A DNA stretch of 64,000 bases, taken from Alphaproteobacteria bacterium. Its GTDB lineage: Bacteria; Pseudomonadota; Alphaproteobacteria; CBDDJK01. Made by a program: the position numbers and the translations under genes. The notes beneath the pieces are model-generated. The model was not told where the DNA came from and ran no database searches. It saw nothing but the letters and a program-made list of their open reading frames with translations. The stretch's first letter is position 1. Every line of letters begins with the position of its first letter. The stretch covers positions 1,274,699 to 1,338,698 of the forward strand of contig OZ245897.1 in assembly GCA_965229675.1 (NCBI GenBank), written 5' to 3'. Positions 22,601-35,209 of this stretch are shown in pieces.

Positions 22601-23590
22601 TCAGGCGGCCTGTTCGCTGCCTGCCGCACCCAGTAAATCACGATTAAAGCATCGCTGATATAAATCAGCAATCAACGCGCGTTCGGTATCATCGCATTTA
22701 TTCAAGAAGGTAAGACGAAAAGCCAAATCAACATCTGCAAAAATTTCTGCATTTTCAGCCCAAGTGATCACGGTTCTTGGGCTCATTACCGTTGAAATAT
22801 CGCCATTCATAAAGGCTTGGCGGGTAAGGCTTGCACATTCAACCATTGCGGCTAATTGCTGTTTTCCCTCCGTATTGTCATAATTGGGGCATTTAGCCAA
22901 TATAATTGCCTGTTCTTCTGCTTTTGGTAAATAATTTAAGGTAGCAACAATCGACCAACGATCCATTTGCCCTTGGTTAATCGGCTGCGTTCCATGATAA
23001 AGCCCACTGGTATCTCCAAGCCCAATCGTATTGGCAGTTGCAAATAAACGAAACCATGGGCTAGGCTTAATCACTTTTGACTGGTCAAGCAGGGTTAATT
23101 TTCCTTCAACTTCCAACACACGTTGAATCACAAACATAACATCGGGACGCCCTGCATCATATTCATCAAAACATAATGCAACGGGATTTTGTAATGCCCA
23201 TGGTAAAATACCTTCTTTAAATTCGGTAATTTGTTTGCCTTCTTTTAAGACAATCGCATCCTTCCCAACCAAGTCAATTCGACTGATATGGCTATCCAAA
23301 TTAACACGGACACATGGCCAATTCAGCCTTGCAGCAACCTGTTCAATATGGGTTGATTTTCCAGTGCCATGATAGCCTTGTATCATCACCCTACGATTAT
23401 GTTGAAACCCTGCTAATATGGCGCGTGTTGTATCTGGATCAAACTGATAGGTTTTATCTATCGCAGGGACATGATCAGTACGTTCTGAGAATCCCATAAT
23501 TTTCTGTTTTGTATCAATGCCAAACAGATCCTTAACCGAATATTCGTGATCGGGAGTCCCCAAATTTTCTAATGTCTTCATTTCACTCAT
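22601..23590 (-). CDS. cobS: Cobaltochelatase subunit CobS (AAA+)
   Basis: [19 protein letters not shown]; adjacent to cobT. Confidence 0.97.
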   Translation of the reverse strand: MSEMKTLENLGTPDHEYSVKDLFGIDTKQKIMGFSERTDHVPAIDKTYQFDPDTTRAILAGFQHNRRVMIQGYHGTGKSTHIEQVAARLNWPCVRVNLDSHISRIDLVGKDAIVLKEGKQITEFKEGILPWALQNPVALCFDEYDAGRPDVMFVIQRVLEVEGKLTLLDQSKVIKPSPWFRLFATANTIGLGDTSGLYHGTQPINQGQMDRWSIVATLNYLPKAEEQAIILAKCPNYDNTEGKQQLAAMVECASLTRQAFMNGDISTVMSPRTVITWAENAEIFADVDLAFRLTFLNKCDDTERALIADLYQRCFNRDLLGAAGSEQAA

Positions 23591-23755
23591 AATCTGCCCT
23601 TCATTGTGTCGGAGCTAATATTATTTAACCTGCTTGCTATAACGCTATAATAAGGGAACTGTCCAGCCTATTTTTTTAATCATTCTTTATCTTGCACAAT
23701 AAAAAAGTCAAATATAACGACCAATAAAAAGAAAAAATCTTACCAGCAAATAAAT

Positions 23756-23773
23756 CAGGCATAATAATTGCAT
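23756..23773 (+). promoter_or_regulatory. Sigma-54 (-24/-12) promoter upstream of flgE
   Basis: CAGGCATAATAATTGCAT: GG-N10-GC spacing, about 55 bp before the flgE ATG. Confidence 0.6.
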
Positions 23774-23828
23774 AATAAAACACAATATTGATGAAAATAA
23801 TTTTATATTAAGGTTTTGGAGATCATAA

Positions 23829-25211
23829 ATGTCGGTTATCGGGTCATTTGGCATCAGTAAAACTGCATTAAAAATGCATAGCCGCTCGTTAGAAGCAATC
23901 TCAAGCAATATTGCGAATGTAAATACCGAAGGCCATAAGGCAGGCGAAATTCGTTATAATGAGATGGTGACTGCTAATTATCAAACTCCAAAATTTCATG
24001 GGGTGAACGGGTTTTATCAGCAATTCGTTACAGCCGAGGGAGATTTGCAAGCAACGGGCAATTTCATGGATTTAGCCTTAAGCGGTCGCGGCATGTTTAT
24101 CACATCCTCTGAGGCTGAAACCCAGGAAACGACCATTGAACTTACCGATAATGGGCGTATGCAACTTATACAAGATACAGTTGAGGGTAGTGAAGGCAGT
24201 GAAGATAGTTTTGAATATTATCTTGGGGATATGAAGGGGAATTATGTTCTTGGTTGGCCTTATGATTCGGCCAGTGAAAGCTATACAACGGGGGAAGACA
24301 TTGCCTCCCTCCAACGGATTTTAATGGATAAATCCGATATGTTTTATGAGGCGACAGCAACCGATACCCTATCGATTGATGCCAATTTAAGTGCTGAGGC
24401 CACTGATGGCACCTATGCGCCTAATGGTGATGTGATTACCGAACCTGATAACTATAATTTTTACTTTGATATATATGATGGTAGCGGCCCAAGTGATCCG
24501 ATTGATGGTTCAAATGATGATGTGCAAAGCTTAACAACCAGTTTTACCAAGTTATCAGGAACGAACCAATGGCAGCTTGATTATTCCGTAGAAAATGGAA
24601 CGCTTGATCAAGCACCTATCACTGTAACCTTTAATGCAGATGGTAGCTTGGCAAGGATGGAAGTTAATACCTCTGATGATCCAGATAACCCTGTTTACGA
24701 ATCAATCATTGATGAAGATTTTAATCAAGCTTTATCTGTAACTTGGGATACATCACCAGATACAGCACAAACAATTAATGTTAATTGGTCAGATCTGACC
24801 CAATATGGTGAAATTGGTTCTTTTGTTAATAATTATACCGCAAATGGAAATGTACAAGGAGACCTATCAACCCATCGCTTTGATGAGGATGGTGTTGTCT
24901 ATGGTGTATATGATAATGGATTATCAAAACCTATTGCAAAATTAGCCGTAGGGGATGTGATTGCAATGGATTCGCTTACACGGCTTGATGCAACGCATTT
25001 TTCATTGAATGATGATACGGGTGATTTGCGGCTTTATCAAATTGATGCAACTGATCGTGTTAGCCTTACCCCTGAATATTACGAATTATCAACAAGTGAC
25101 ATTAACCAAGAATTTACCAAGATGATTGTGGTGCAACGCGCCTATTCTTCAGCTGCAACCACTTTGCGAACTGCCGATGAAATGATGCAAACGGTCGTTC
25201 AGATTAAGTAA
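23829..25211 (+). CDS. flgE: Flagellar hook protein FlgE
   Basis: ISSNIANVNT N-terminus, DLALSGRG, EFTKMIVVQRAYS C-terminus. Confidence 0.88.
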   Translation: MSVIGSFGISKTALKMHSRSLEAISSNIANVNTEGHKAGEIRYNEMVTANYQTPKFHGVNGFYQQFVTAEGDLQATGNFMDLALSGRGMFITSSEAETQETTIELTDNGRMQLIQDTVEGSEGSEDSFEYYLGDMKGNYVLGWPYDSASESYTTGEDIASLQRILMDKSDMFYEATATDTLSIDANLSAEATDGTYAPNGDVITEPDNYNFYFDIYDGSGPSDPIDGSNDDVQSLTTSFTKLSGTNQWQLDYSVENGTLDQAPITVTFNADGSLARMEVNTSDDPDNPVYESIIDEDFNQALSVTWDTSPDTAQTINVNWSDLTQYGEIGSFVNNYTANGNVQGDLSTHRFDEDGVVYGVYDNGLSKPIAKLAVGDVIAMDSLTRLDATHFSLNDDTGDLRLYQIDATDRVSLTPEYYELSTSDINQEFTKMIVVQRAYSSAATTLRTADEMMQTVVQIK

Positions 25212-25343
25212 GTTAATATTTTCCCCATCAATTTCACAATACTTTCACAAGATTCAAGAAAATCGTTCAGAAAAAAGCTTGTCTTCATTCGCTTTATCGC
25301 GTTGTTACTCTCTATATTTTAATGATCTATAGGAGAGAATTTT

Positions 25344-26888
25344 ATGGCCGATATCATTAGCCTGAATCAAACACGCACGCCTGCAATTGAAGAAAAAAAA
25401 GAAGTAGATCATCAGGCGATGCCGCTTGGTTATCGTGAATTGCCCCATAATTTAGAAATCGAGATGGCACTGCTTGGCGCAATCTTACGCAATAATCATG
25501 TGTTAGAAATTGTTGGGGAACAAATTCATGCTGAACATTTTTATGCAAATGAGCATCGGCTAATCTATGATCATATTCGAAAATTACACAGCAAAGGGCA
25601 AATCGTCAGCCCGACTACCTTGAGCCATATCATTGACAATGAACCTTTATTGCAAGAAGTGGGCGGTAGCCGCTATCTTTATGAGCTAGTTGCAAATTTA
25701 GTAACCGTGGTTAGCGTTGAACAATATGCTAACCAATTAAAAGACCTATTTTTACGCCGTGAATTGATTGATATTGGCGAAGACATGGTGAATACAGCCC
25801 ATGATCTGCAAGACCATGATTTAGATGGAACCAATCAGATTGAACGCAGTGAAAGTAAGCTTTACAGTTTAGCGCAATCTGGCACCAGTGATCCTAGCCT
25901 ATTTTCCTTGGCGGTTGCGGCTGCCGATGCATTAAAAGAAATTACCGATGCCCATCAACGTGGCTCCAAGCTGGTTGGTGTAACAACAGGATTTAAATCA
26001 ATCAATCGTCAATTAGGCGGCCTGCATCCTTCAGATTTAATTATTTTAGCAGGCCGTCCCGGTATGGGAAAAACCGCCCTTGCAACCAATATCGCTTTTA
26101 ATGCGGCCGATGCGTTCAAAACCTTTACCGATGAAAATGGTAAGGAACATCATGAAGGCGCACGGGTGCTTTATTTTTCGCTTGAAATGGCCGCTTCCCA
26201 GCTTGCGGCACGAATTCTGGCCGAGCGCGCACAAGTATCAGCCGATTCCATGCGGCGCGGTGTAATCAATAATGACGATCTTACGCGGATTGGGGCGGAA
26301 TCTGCAAGGCTTTCAGAAATTCCACTTTATATCGATGATACCCCCGCTTTATCAATCAGCGGGGTACGCCAACGCGCCCGCCGTATTCAACGCCAATTCG
26401 GTCTTGGGATGATTGTTATCGATTATCTCCAGCTTTTAAGCCCACCACCTGAGCGTAAAAGTGAAAATCGTGTACAGGAAATTTCTGAAATCACACGGGG
26501 ATTAAAAGCCCTTGCGCGTGAGCTTAATGTTCCAGTCATTGCACTATCGCAGTTAAGCCGATTGGTTGAACAGCGTGAAGATAACCGCCCAATTCTTTCT
26601 GATTTACGGGAATCAGGATCGATTGAACAGGATGCGGATGTGGTCGCCTTTATTTATCGGGAAGAACAATATTTAAAACGCCAATCGGTTAATCGTAAAT
26701 CCAATGAAAGCGATGATAGCTATGCTAAACGCATCGAAGCATTAGAGAAGAAAAAAGCCGAGGTTAAAAATATCGCTGAATTTATTATTGAAAAGCAACG
26801 GCATGGCCCAACAGGCTCTGTCGCCTTATATTTTCATAAAGATTATTCAAGATTCACGGATATTGATTATCACCATCAATCTGAATAA
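25344..26888 (+). CDS. dnaB: Replicative DNA helicase
   Basis: AGRPGMGKT, SLEM, DYLQL, LSDLRESGSIEQDAD, KQRHG. Confidence 0.98.
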   Translation: MADIISLNQTRTPAIEEKKEVDHQAMPLGYRELPHNLEIEMALLGAILRNNHVLEIVGEQIHAEHFYANEHRLIYDHIRKLHSKGQIVSPTTLSHIIDNEPLLQEVGGSRYLYELVANLVTVVSVEQYANQLKDLFLRRELIDIGEDMVNTAHDLQDHDLDGTNQIERSESKLYSLAQSGTSDPSLFSLAVAAADALKEITDAHQRGSKLVGVTTGFKSINRQLGGLHPSDLIILAGRPGMGKTALATNIAFNAADAFKTFTDENGKEHHEGARVLYFSLEMAASQLAARILAERAQVSADSMRRGVINNDDLTRIGAESARLSEIPLYIDDTPALSISGVRQRARRIQRQFGLGMIVIDYLQLLSPPPERKSENRVQEISEITRGLKALARELNVPVIALSQLSRLVEQREDNRPILSDLRESGSIEQDADVVAFIYREEQYLKRQSVNRKSNESDDSYAKRIEALEKKKAEVKNIAEFIIEKQRHGPTGSVALYFHKDYSRFTDIDYHHQSE

Positions 26889-26956
26889 GCACTTTTTGAT
26901 TAATTTGAACCGTTATATAATTAGCTTACGCAGCCTGATTGGCTAGGGTGGGTTCT

Positions 26957-27726
26957 TTAGGTAGCGGACTCATAAAATTGGCACCACAGTCTTATTGTAG
27001 CTAATTTAACAAATGCCATAAAATTTGTTGAGTGTTTTTCGTATCTTGTTGCAATTGATCGAAATGATTTTTTTAGCCTTCCAAAAAATCGTTCAACAAT
27101 ATTCCGTTGTTTATAAAGCTCTTTATCGTATGGTTTAGGCGTTTTTCGATTGGCTCTTGACGGAATACATTCGACAGCACCTTGTTCCCAGATCATGTTT
27201 CTTATCCATTCTGCATCATAAGCCCTATCTGCAAGAACTGCTTGCCCGAATTGTAAATTTTGTAACAAATCACGACAAGCAGGGGCATCATGTGCTTGAC
27301 CTGATGTTAAATTAAACCCCATTGCCAAACCATGTTCATTAACGATGGCATGAAGTTTTGTTGTCAAGCCTCCTCTTGATCGCCCCATACAACGAAATTT
27401 ACTGTTTTTTTTACTGTCGCTGCAGAATGATGCACACGAATAGAAGTCCCATCAACCATAACAAGATTATGGTTATAATAATCACAAATAGCATCCATTA
27501 AACGATCCCAAATACCAGCCTTCGTCCAACGATTAAATCGATTATAAACAGTTGTGTAAGGCCCATAACGCTCTGGGAGATCACGCCATGGAATGCCTGT
27601 GCGAAGCTTGAAAAATATTCCATTTAAAATACGACGATCATCAACACGCTTAACCCCACGGCTCTTTTGAGGCAAAAGTGGGAAGATAAGCTCCCATTCA
27701 AAATCACTAAGATCAAATCTGGACAT
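26957..27726 (-). CDS. IS5-family transposase, probable -1 frameshift at A8 (27405-27412)
   Basis: orfA RTGIPWRDLPERYG..MVDGT; orfB GRSRGGLTTK, ADRAYD, RNIVERFF, ATRYEK; orfB is in the -1 frame and open from the A8 run. Confidence 0.9.
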
Positions 27727-27809
27727 GGTTAACTCCTAAAAAAAGGTTGTAATACCAAAGCTGAATCAGATTTGAATTAAATATACAACAATTTTATGGG
27801 TACGCTACC
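26960..27809 (-). mobile_element. IS5-family (IS427-like) insertion sequence inserted in the nuoF 3' end
   Basis: IRs GGTAGCGGACTCATAAA (26960-26976) and TTTATGGGTACGCTACC (27793-27809), 15/17; TA duplicated at 26958-26959 and 27810-27811. Confidence 0.93.
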
Positions 27810-29100
27810 TAGTAACTTGTGCGCGAGTACGGTTTTTGATGCGGTCTTCAACCTCATCCCTGAAGTGACGAATTAAGCCTTGAATAGGCCAAGCCGCTGC
27901 ATCACCAAGGGCGCAAATGGTATGCCCTTCAATTTGGGTGGTCACTTCAAGTAAAGTATCAATTTCTTCAATTTCTGCTTTTCCTTGAACCAATCTTTCC
28001 ATCACCCGCCACATCCATGCAGTTCCCTCACGGCAAGGCGTACATTGCCCGCAAGATTCATGCTTATAAAAATAAGATAATCTGGCAATCGCTTTGATAA
28101 CATCTGTGGATTGATCCATGACAATAACCGCAGCTGTACCAAGCCCTGATTTTACTTCGCGCAATGCATCAAAATCCATCAAAATCGTATCACAAATATC
28201 TTTTGGCAATAAGGGAACGGACGATCCCCCTGGGATTACGGCTTTTAGATTGTTCCATCCTCCTCTAACCCCGCCACAATGACGCTCCAGTAATTCTTTT
28301 AAGGGAATGGACATAGCCTCTTCAACATTGCACGGCGTTTCAACATGACCAGAAACACAAAATAATTTTGTTCCATAGTTATTTTCACGCCCAAAGGAAG
28401 AAAACCAATTGGCTCCGCGCCGTAAAATAGTTGGAGAAACCGCTATCGACTCCACATTATTAACGGTTGACGGGCAACCATAAAGCCCACACATAGCAGG
28501 AAAAGGAGGTTTTAAGCGTGGCTGGCCTTTTTTGCCTTCCAAACTTTCAATTAACGCTGTTTCCTCACCACAAATATAGGCACCCGCCCCATGATGAATA
28601 TAAAGCTCATAATCATAGCCCGAACCACAAGCATTTTTACCAAGTAGCCCTGCATCATATGCCTCAGCAACTGCTTTTTCCAATACATGGTATTCCCTGC
28701 GATATTCCCCGCGAATATAGATATAACAAGCGGTTGCGCCCATCGCAAACCCCGCAACCAAGCATCCTTCCAATAACATATGAGGATCATTACGCATGAT
28801 TTCGCGATCTTTGCAGGTTCCAGGTTCAGATTCATCGGCATTCACAATCAAATAATGCGGCTTTCCTGTGTTTTCTTTTGGCATAAATGACCATTTCAAA
28901 CCCGTTGGAAAGCCTGCACCGCCACGCCCACGCAAACCAGATTCCTTGATTGTTTCAATAATTTGATCACGGCCAAGGGCAATTAATTCTGCTGTATTAC
29001 TCCAAATTCCACGCGCTTTCGCACCTGCAAGATAGCAATCTTGTTGCCCGTAAAGATTTTGAAAAATACGATCTTGATCTTGAAGCGGTTTAAATACCAT
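27805..29100 (-). CDS. nuoF: NADH-quinone oxidoreductase subunit F (C-terminal tail replaced by IS end)
   Basis: [37 protein letters not shown]. Confidence 0.98.
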   Translation of the reverse strand: MVFKPLQDQDRIFQNLYGQQDCYLAGAKARGIWSNTAELIALGRDQIIETIKESGLRGRGGAGFPTGLKWSFMPKENTGKPHYLIVNADESEPGTCKDREIMRNDPHMLLEGCLVAGFAMGATACYIYIRGEYRREYHVLEKAVAEAYDAGLLGKNACGSGYDYELYIHHGAGAYICGEETALIESLEGKKGQPRLKPPFPAMCGLYGCPSTVNNVESIAVSPTILRRGANWFSSFGRENNYGTKLFCVSGHVETPCNVEEAMSIPLKELLERHCGGVRGGWNNLKAVIPGGSSVPLLPKDICDTILMDFDALREVKSGLGTAAVIVMDQSTDVIKAIARLSYFYKHESCGQCTPCREGTAWMWRVMERLVQGKAEIEEIDTLLEVTTQIEGHTICALGDAAAWPIQGLIRHFRDEVEDRIKNRTRAQVTR

Positions 29101-29122
29101 TGTTGTTACGCCTCCTTACAAT

Positions 29123-29716
29123 CTAAGAGCCAGTATTAAGCCCAGTATTAAGCAATGTTTTTGCACCGCCCAACGGCTCCGATCCCATGCGACCATTTTG
29201 TGGCCCTGGGGTTACCGCTTCCCCTGCGGATAATTTATTTAATAAATCAATCATGGTTTCAGGGGTTAAATCTTCAAAATAATCATCATTGATCTGCACC
29301 ATCGGGGCGTTACAACATGCACCCAAACATTCAACTTCGGTTAGAGTGAATAGGTTATCGGCGGTTGTTTCCCCCTCTTTAATCTGCAATCGATCCATAA
29401 TGACCTGCTTGATATCCTCTGCGCCGCGTAACTGGCATGGCGTTGTGCCACATAATTGAAGGTGATATTTACCAACTGGCTCAAGATTGATTTGGGTAAA
29501 AAAGGTAGCAACTTCAACCACCCTAATCACCGATAAATCCAACATTTCTGCAATGGTTTCAAGGGCTTCTTTTGTAACATAATGACCATGTTCGTGATTT
29601 TGCTGTTGGGCTAAAAACAAGAGGGCAAGCACAGCAGAACGCTGACGCCCTTCTGGATATTTGGCGATATTCCGCTTGGCTTCCTCAAGATAAGTTCCCG
29701 TAAATTCAAATTTCAT
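29123..29716 (-). CDS. nuoE: NADH-quinone oxidoreductase subunit E
   Basis: [16 protein letters not shown] 2Fe-2S motifs. Confidence 0.97.
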   Translation of the reverse strand: MKFEFTGTYLEEAKRNIAKYPEGRQRSAVLALLFLAQQQNHEHGHYVTKEALETIAEMLDLSVIRVVEVATFFTQINLEPVGKYHLQLCGTTPCQLRGAEDIKQVIMDRLQIKEGETTADNLFTLTEVECLGACCNAPMVQINDDYFEDLTPETMIDLLNKLSAGEAVTPGPQNGRMGSEPLGGAKTLLNTGLNTGS

Positions 29717-30921
29717 CGATCAATTTCTCCAAACACAATGTCAAATGACCCTAAAATTGCAACCGTATCGGCCAACATATGCCCACGACTAACGTGATCC
29801 ATCGCTTGCAAATGCGCAAATCCAGGGGCGCGGATACGGCAACGCCAAGGCTTATTGGTGCCATCTGCAACCAAAAACACGGCAAACTCACCTTTGGGCG
29901 CCTCAACTGCGCTATAAATTTCCCCTTCAGGAACATGCACACCTTCAGTGTAATATTTAAAATGGTTAATCATCCCTTCCATGGAGGCTTTCATCTCCCC
30001 CCGTTTTGGTGGAGCAATTCGCCGATCCTCACTTAAAACCGCACCTTCAGGCAATTCATCCAAACATTGATGAATAATGCGTAAAGATTGCCGCATTTCA
30101 GCAACTCGTACCAGATAGCGGCTATAGCAATCGCCATGCTTGCCAACAGGAATATCAAATTCCATACGATCATAAACGTCATAGGGCTGCTGTTTACGTA
30201 AGTCCCAAACAACACCAGAACCACGCAAAACAGGACCCGTCATCCCCCAAGCAAGTGCTTCTTCCTTAGTAATAATCCCAATATCAACCGAACGCTGTTT
30301 AAAGATTCTGTTTTCGGTTAATAGGCCTTCAAGATCATCAATAAATTTAGGAAATTGCGTTGCCCAATCCTTAATTTTTTCAGCCAGGCCTGCAGGCAAA
30401 TCCTGATGGACACCACCAATCCGATAATAAGCCGCATGTAATCTTGCGCCGCACACAGCTTCTTGAAACTCCATCAATTTTTCACGCTCTTCAAATGCCC
30501 AAAGCATCGGTGTCATGGCACCAATATCCAGCGCATAAGCTGGCACATTCAACAAATGATTTAAAATTCGTGAGATTTCAGCAAACAACACCCGAATATA
30601 TTGCCCGCGTAAAGGTGCTGATACGCCCATCAACCGCTCAGCAGCCAAAACGAAGGCGTGCTCTTGACATAGGGGAGAGACATAATCCAACCGATCAAAA
30701 TAAGGAATCGCTTGCAAATAGGTTTTTTGTTCAATCAGCTTTTCAGTGCCACGATGGAGCAAGCCAATATGCGGATCAAGGCGTTCAATGATTTCTCCAT
30801 CCATTTCGGTAATCATCCGTAAAACACCATGGGCGGCTGGATGTTGCGGCCCAAAATTGACCGTTAAATTACGAATGGTGGGATCACTGGTTGTATTAAA
30901 TGCGGTTTTTTCAGTCATCAA
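29713..30921 (-). CDS. nuoD: NADH-quinone oxidoreductase subunit D
   Basis: [29 protein letters not shown]. Confidence 0.98.
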   Translation of the reverse strand: MMTEKTAFNTTSDPTIRNLTVNFGPQHPAAHGVLRMITEMDGEIIERLDPHIGLLHRGTEKLIEQKTYLQAIPYFDRLDYVSPLCQEHAFVLAAERLMGVSAPLRGQYIRVLFAEISRILNHLLNVPAYALDIGAMTPMLWAFEEREKLMEFQEAVCGARLHAAYYRIGGVHQDLPAGLAEKIKDWATQFPKFIDDLEGLLTENRIFKQRSVDIGIITKEEALAWGMTGPVLRGSGVVWDLRKQQPYDVYDRMEFDIPVGKHGDCYSRYLVRVAEMRQSLRIIHQCLDELPEGAVLSEDRRIAPPKRGEMKASMEGMINHFKYYTEGVHVPEGEIYSAVEAPKGEFAVFLVADGTNKPWRCRIRAPGFAHLQAMDHVSRGHMLADTVAILGSFDIVFGEIDR

Positions 30922-31565
30922 CCAGCCTCTTTTTTATCTTCATGATTGGTTGGTTCCCCATTTGGTTCCCCACTTGGCTGTTGCGTCATGCCAGCCCATG
31001 GGCTTAAAAAATCAAACTGGCGAAAATCTTGGGTGAGGCTTACAGGCTCATAAACACATTTCCCAGCGGCTGGATCATAACGCATTTCAACATGACCCGT
31101 AAGCGGAAAATCTTTACGCTGTGGATGCCCTTCAAAGCCATAATCGGTTAAAATACGCCGCAGATCAGGATGGTCATCAAATTGAATGCCGTACATATCC
31201 CAAACCTCCCGCTCATACCAATTTGCCGCTGGCCAAATTGCGGTGACTGAAGGAACAGTTTGCCCATCTTTAACCCATAAGGTTAGGCGCAATCTTATTT
31301 GTGCGCTAACGCTTAAAAGGTGATATACCATGCAAAAGCGGGGGATTTTTTCTGGCCAATCAACGGCTGTAATATCGCTTAATTGTTCAAATCGAAATTG
31401 AGGATTATCGCGCAAAAATTTACAAAACCGAATCAAATCCTCGACCCTTAAATTTAAGCAAAGTTCATCATTTATGATATTGGCTTCCAGCGAAATCTTA
31501 TGTTTAGCGCACTGATCAACCAGTACAGCATGCACTTCTTGCAAGGCTTCAGGCTGGTTCAGCAT
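30918..31565 (-). CDS. nuoC: NADH-quinone oxidoreductase subunit C
   Basis: [28 protein letters not shown]. Confidence 0.97.
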   Translation of the reverse strand: MLNQPEALQEVHAVLVDQCAKHKISLEANIINDELCLNLRVEDLIRFCKFLRDNPQFRFEQLSDITAVDWPEKIPRFCMVYHLLSVSAQIRLRLTLWVKDGQTVPSVTAIWPAANWYEREVWDMYGIQFDDHPDLRRILTDYGFEGHPQRKDFPLTGHVEMRYDPAAGKCVYEPVSLTQDFRQFDFLSPWAGMTQQPSGEPNGEPTNHEDKKEAG

Positions 31566-31775
31566 TGTATTAAATCTCCTTAAAACCCTATTTTATTTAT
31601 TAAAATAAGGACGCAATATATAGGTTGTTTCCTATAGCATCTGCCGTAATTAGTCAATATGATTGTCATTCAAACAACAGAATCACAACAGACTCATGAG
31701 TTGCTATTTGACCTATCTGAAAGAGCATGATAAATTAAGCCGCATTGTAAAAAGTAATTATATTAAGAGAGGATA

Positions 31776-32303
31776 ATGCAAGTGAAGCAATTTTCCAGCT
31801 TCAATTATGACCAGCTAATTGAATGCGCTAAAGGGCGTTTATTTGGTAAGGGAAACCCCCAATTGCCAATGCCCCCTATGCTAATGATTGATCAAATATC
31901 GCTGATTGCTGATCATGGTGGGACTTATGATAAAGGGCAGATTATCGCTGAATATGCGATTCGTCCTGACCGTTGGTTCTTTGATTGTCACTTTGAAGGC
32001 GATCCCGTAATGCCTGGCTGTCTTGGGCTGGATGGAATGTGGCAATTATTAGGATTCTTCCTTGGCTGGATGGGTGGCGAGGGCAAAGGCCGCGCACTTG
32101 GCGTTGGAGAAATTAAATTATTTGAACAAATCCTTCCCGAAGCTAAAAAGCTAACTTATGAAATTAATTTAAAGCGTGTCATCATGCGCCGCTTGATTAT
32201 GGGGGTCGGTGATGGGATTTTAAAGGTGGATGGCACACCTGCAAGCGAAGTTAAAGATATGCGGGTTGGCTTATTTAAACCAGAACAAGCTGAATCAGAA
32301 TAG
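31776..32303 (+). CDS. fabA: 3-hydroxydecanoyl-ACP dehydratase/isomerase
   Basis: [20 protein letters not shown]. Confidence 0.98.
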   Translation: MQVKQFSSFNYDQLIECAKGRLFGKGNPQLPMPPMLMIDQISLIADHGGTYDKGQIIAEYAIRPDRWFFDCHFEGDPVMPGCLGLDGMWQLLGFFLGWMGGEGKGRALGVGEIKLFEQILPEAKKLTYEINLKRVIMRRLIMGVGDGILKVDGTPASEVKDMRVGLFKPEQAESE

Positions 32304-32311
32304 GAGGCTTA

Positions 32312-33553
32312 ATGCGCAGGGTAGTAATCACTGGCATAGGAATTATATCGGCGATTGGCAATGATGCAGATAGCGTGCGTGATTCGCTTTATCATGGGCG
32401 GTCTGGTATCGTCTTTTGTGAAGATTATGCAGAACGTGGCTTCCGTTCGCATCTGTGCGGTAATGTAAAATCTCTTGATCTTGATGCAATGATTGATAAA
32501 AGACTGCGTAGATTTATGGGCGATGGAGCTGCTTATAATTATCTGGCAATGGAACAAGCAATCAAAGATGCTAAGCTGGATGATACATTGGTGTCCAACG
32601 AACGCACTGGCATGGTCATGGGATCAGGTGGGCCTTCGACCAAGAATCTATGCTGGTCATTCGATACAGCACGCAACCAATCGGCAAAACGGGTGGGACC
32701 ATTTATGGTGCCACGCGTTATGTCCTCCACCAATTCAGCAACGCTTGCAACCCCCTTTAAAATCCGTGGGGTGAATTATTCTATCAGCTCCGCTTGCACG
32801 ACTAGCCTTCATTGCATCGGTCATGGAAGTGAGCTTATACAATGGGGCAAGCAAGATATTGTGTTCGCTGGCGGTGGCGAAGAATTAGATTGGACTTTAT
32901 CCGTATTATTTGATGCGATGGGGGCGTTATCATCAAATTATAACGACCGCCCACAATTAGCTTCAAGAGCCTTTGATGTTGATCGTGATGGGTTCGTGAT
33001 TGCAGGTGGCGGTGCGGTTGTTGTGCTTGAAGAATTAGAACATGCACTGGCACGCGGCGCGAATATTTACGGTGAGATTGCTGGTTACGCTGCTAATTCT
33101 GATGGACATGATATGGTTCAACCTTCTGGTGAAGGCGCGGTGCGTTGCATGCAATCTGCTTTAAAAGAATATGAACAGCGTTCAGGCGAATCGGGAACGG
33201 TTACTTATATTAACGCGCATGGCACCTCAACCCCCGTTGGCGATACGAAAGAATTAACAGGAATTAAAACCGTCTTTTCTGGACGCGAACAGCCCGTGAT
33301 CGGCTCGACAAAATCTCTAACAGGCCATTCATTGGGCGCAACTGGTGCGCAAGAAGTAATTTACAGCTTACTGATGATGCAGCATGGTTTTATTGCACCC
33401 TCCATCAATATTGAAACGCCTGATCCTGCCGCAGAGGGGATGAACCTTGCCATAGAACGCATGGATGGCGTTGATTTTGATCTTATCCTATCCAACTCCT
33501 TTGGTTTTGGCGGTACCAATGGTTCTATTTTATTGCAACGCTATCGTGGATAA
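32312..33553 (+). CDS. fabB: Beta-ketoacyl-ACP synthase I
   Basis: [25 protein letters not shown]. Confidence 0.97.
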   Translation: MRRVVITGIGIISAIGNDADSVRDSLYHGRSGIVFCEDYAERGFRSHLCGNVKSLDLDAMIDKRLRRFMGDGAAYNYLAMEQAIKDAKLDDTLVSNERTGMVMGSGGPSTKNLCWSFDTARNQSAKRVGPFMVPRVMSSTNSATLATPFKIRGVNYSISSACTTSLHCIGHGSELIQWGKQDIVFAGGGEELDWTLSVLFDAMGALSSNYNDRPQLASRAFDVDRDGFVIAGGGAVVVLEELEHALARGANIYGEIAGYAANSDGHDMVQPSGEGAVRCMQSALKEYEQRSGESGTVTYINAHGTSTPVGDTKELTGIKTVFSGREQPVIGSTKSLTGHSLGATGAQEVIYSLLMMQHGFIAPSINIETPDPAAEGMNLAIERMDGVDFDLILSNSFGFGGTNGSILLQRYRG

Positions 33554-33572
33554 TTTGTTGAAGGTTCAATAG

Positions 33573-34370
33573 ATGGAAGAAACTTCATTAATGACAGGAA
33601 AGCGCGGATTGGTTATGGGCGTTGCCAATGACCATTCAATTGCATGGGGAATTGCTAAACAATGCGCTGATGCAGGGGCTGAAATTGCCCTTACCTTTCA
33701 AGGGGAGACTTATGAACGGCGGGTTCGCAAGCTTGCTGATCAGCTTGGCGCGACCTTATGCCTACCCTGTAATGTTGAGGATGAGGCAAGCCTTGATACG
33801 CTATTTGACGGGATTGCCGCCCATTGGCCAGATGGGTTTGATTTTTTGGTGCATGCGATTGCTTATTCTGACAAAGATGAATTGGGCGGGCGATTCGTTG
33901 AAACAACACGCAAAAACTTTTTACGATCATTGGATATTTCCTGTTATTCCTTAACGGCATTATGCCGATTAGCAGAACCCCATATGCGTGAAGGCGGCAG
34001 TATTCTTACCTTAAGCTATGAAGGGGCGGTGCGGGTTATGCCAAGCTATAATGTGATGGGGGTTGCGAAGGCGGCACTTGAAGCCTCTGTTCGTTATCTT
34101 GCCCATGATTTAGGCACAAAGCAAATTCGCGTTAATGCACTTTCAGCAGGGCCTATGCGTACGCTTGCTGGTAGCGCGGTTGGCAGCGCACGCTTTAGTT
34201 ATAATTGGCAAGGGCGTTCTTCTGCTTTGGGGCGAAATTTAGGGTTGCAGGATGTTGGCGGTTCAGCACTTTATCTTTTAAGCGGGCTTAGCGGCGGCGT
34301 TACGGGTGAAGTGCTTTATGTTGATGGCGGCTATCACACTGTGGGAATGGCAATTCCTAACACAAAATAA
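33573..34370 (+). CDS. fabI: Enoyl-ACP reductase
   Basis: [23 protein letters not shown]. Confidence 0.96.
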   Translation: MEETSLMTGKRGLVMGVANDHSIAWGIAKQCADAGAEIALTFQGETYERRVRKLADQLGATLCLPCNVEDEASLDTLFDGIAAHWPDGFDFLVHAIAYSDKDELGGRFVETTRKNFLRSLDISCYSLTALCRLAEPHMREGGSILTLSYEGAVRVMPSYNVMGVAKAALEASVRYLAHDLGTKQIRVNALSAGPMRTLAGSAVGSARFSYNWQGRSSALGRNLGLQDVGGSALYLLSGLSGGVTGEVLYVDGGYHTVGMAIPNTK

Positions 34371-34390
34371 TCCAAGCAGGAGTTTATTTT

Positions 34391-35041
34391 ATGGCAGATG
34401 CAAATCGATGGCCTGATTTACACCTTGTTGATCATCCATTGGTTCAGCATAAATTGACGTTAATGCGCATGGCAGAAACGCCAACAATTGGATTCAAACA
34501 GCTATTAAGGGAAATTTCTTTATTGATGGGGTATGAAGTAACCCGTGAATTGCCATTGAAGTCCGAAACCATCAATACCCCCTTGCAATCAATGGATGCA
34601 CCTTATCTTGATGGAAGAAAGCCTGTGATTATCCCTATTTTACGGGCGGGGCTTGGCATGTCAGAGGGGGTTAGCGAACTTATTCCAAGCGCAAGAATTG
34701 GCCATATTGGACTTTATCGTGACCCGAAAACCAAGCAACCTCAACAATATTTTTTAAAGCTTCCTTCCCTTACCAATCGTTTGGTGATTGTATGTGACCC
34801 TATGTTAGCAACAGGTCATTCCGCAGCCCATGCCGTTAATTTATTGCTGGAACATGGCGCAGAATTTTATAATATTCGTTTTTTATCTTTATTGGCTGCA
34901 CCCGAAGGGCTTGATTATTTTTGCACCCAACATTCAGGCGTAAAAATTTATACTGCCGCCATTGATGATTGTTTAAATGAAAAAGCCTATATCCTACCAG
35001 GATTAGGGGATGCTGGGGATCGGTTGTTTGGAACAAAATAG
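34391..35041 (+). CDS. upp: Uracil phosphoribosyltransferase
   Basis: [21 protein letters not shown]. Confidence 0.98.
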   Translation: MADANRWPDLHLVDHPLVQHKLTLMRMAETPTIGFKQLLREISLLMGYEVTRELPLKSETINTPLQSMDAPYLDGRKPVIIPILRAGLGMSEGVSELIPSARIGHIGLYRDPKTKQPQQYFLKLPSLTNRLVIVCDPMLATGHSAAHAVNLLLEHGAEFYNIRFLSLLAAPEGLDYFCTQHSGVKIYTAAIDDCLNEKAYILPGLGDAGDRLFGTK

Positions 35042-35109
35042 CGATTGATTAATTCCGCATAATTAAGATTGGCGTTATTAAAAATTTGTGATAAAGCCAG
35101 ACAATAATA

Positions 35110-35209
35110 GGGAGCCTGATGAACAGGATGAAAATGATTTTGGTGTGACTGATCTTTGAATTAAGAAGTCAAATCCAAATCCCTTTTTATCCTGAATGCA
35201 AAACATCCC
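35110..35209 (+). promoter_or_regulatory. Structured leader upstream of the cobalamin operon (candidate cis-regulatory RNA)
   Basis: Nested pairings GGGA/TCCC, CAGGATGAAAA/TTTTTATCCTG, GATTTTGG/CCAAATC, TGACT/AGTCA, TCTT/AAGA; no recognisable B12 box. Confidence 0.45.

Noticed and set aside
29130-29153. Tandem 12-bp duplication CCAGTATTAAGC at the nuoE end (similar GEP repeat at the nuoC end)
   Set aside because: In-frame slippage in a non-conserved tail (LNTG-LNTG); no functional signal
35116-35203. Hammerhead ribozyme or box C/D-like motif (CTGATGA ... CTGA) in the cob leader
   Set aside because: The stem after CTGATGA is followed by AATGCAAAAC, not the required GAAA, and no stem I/III is evident; CTGA is already used in the main stem
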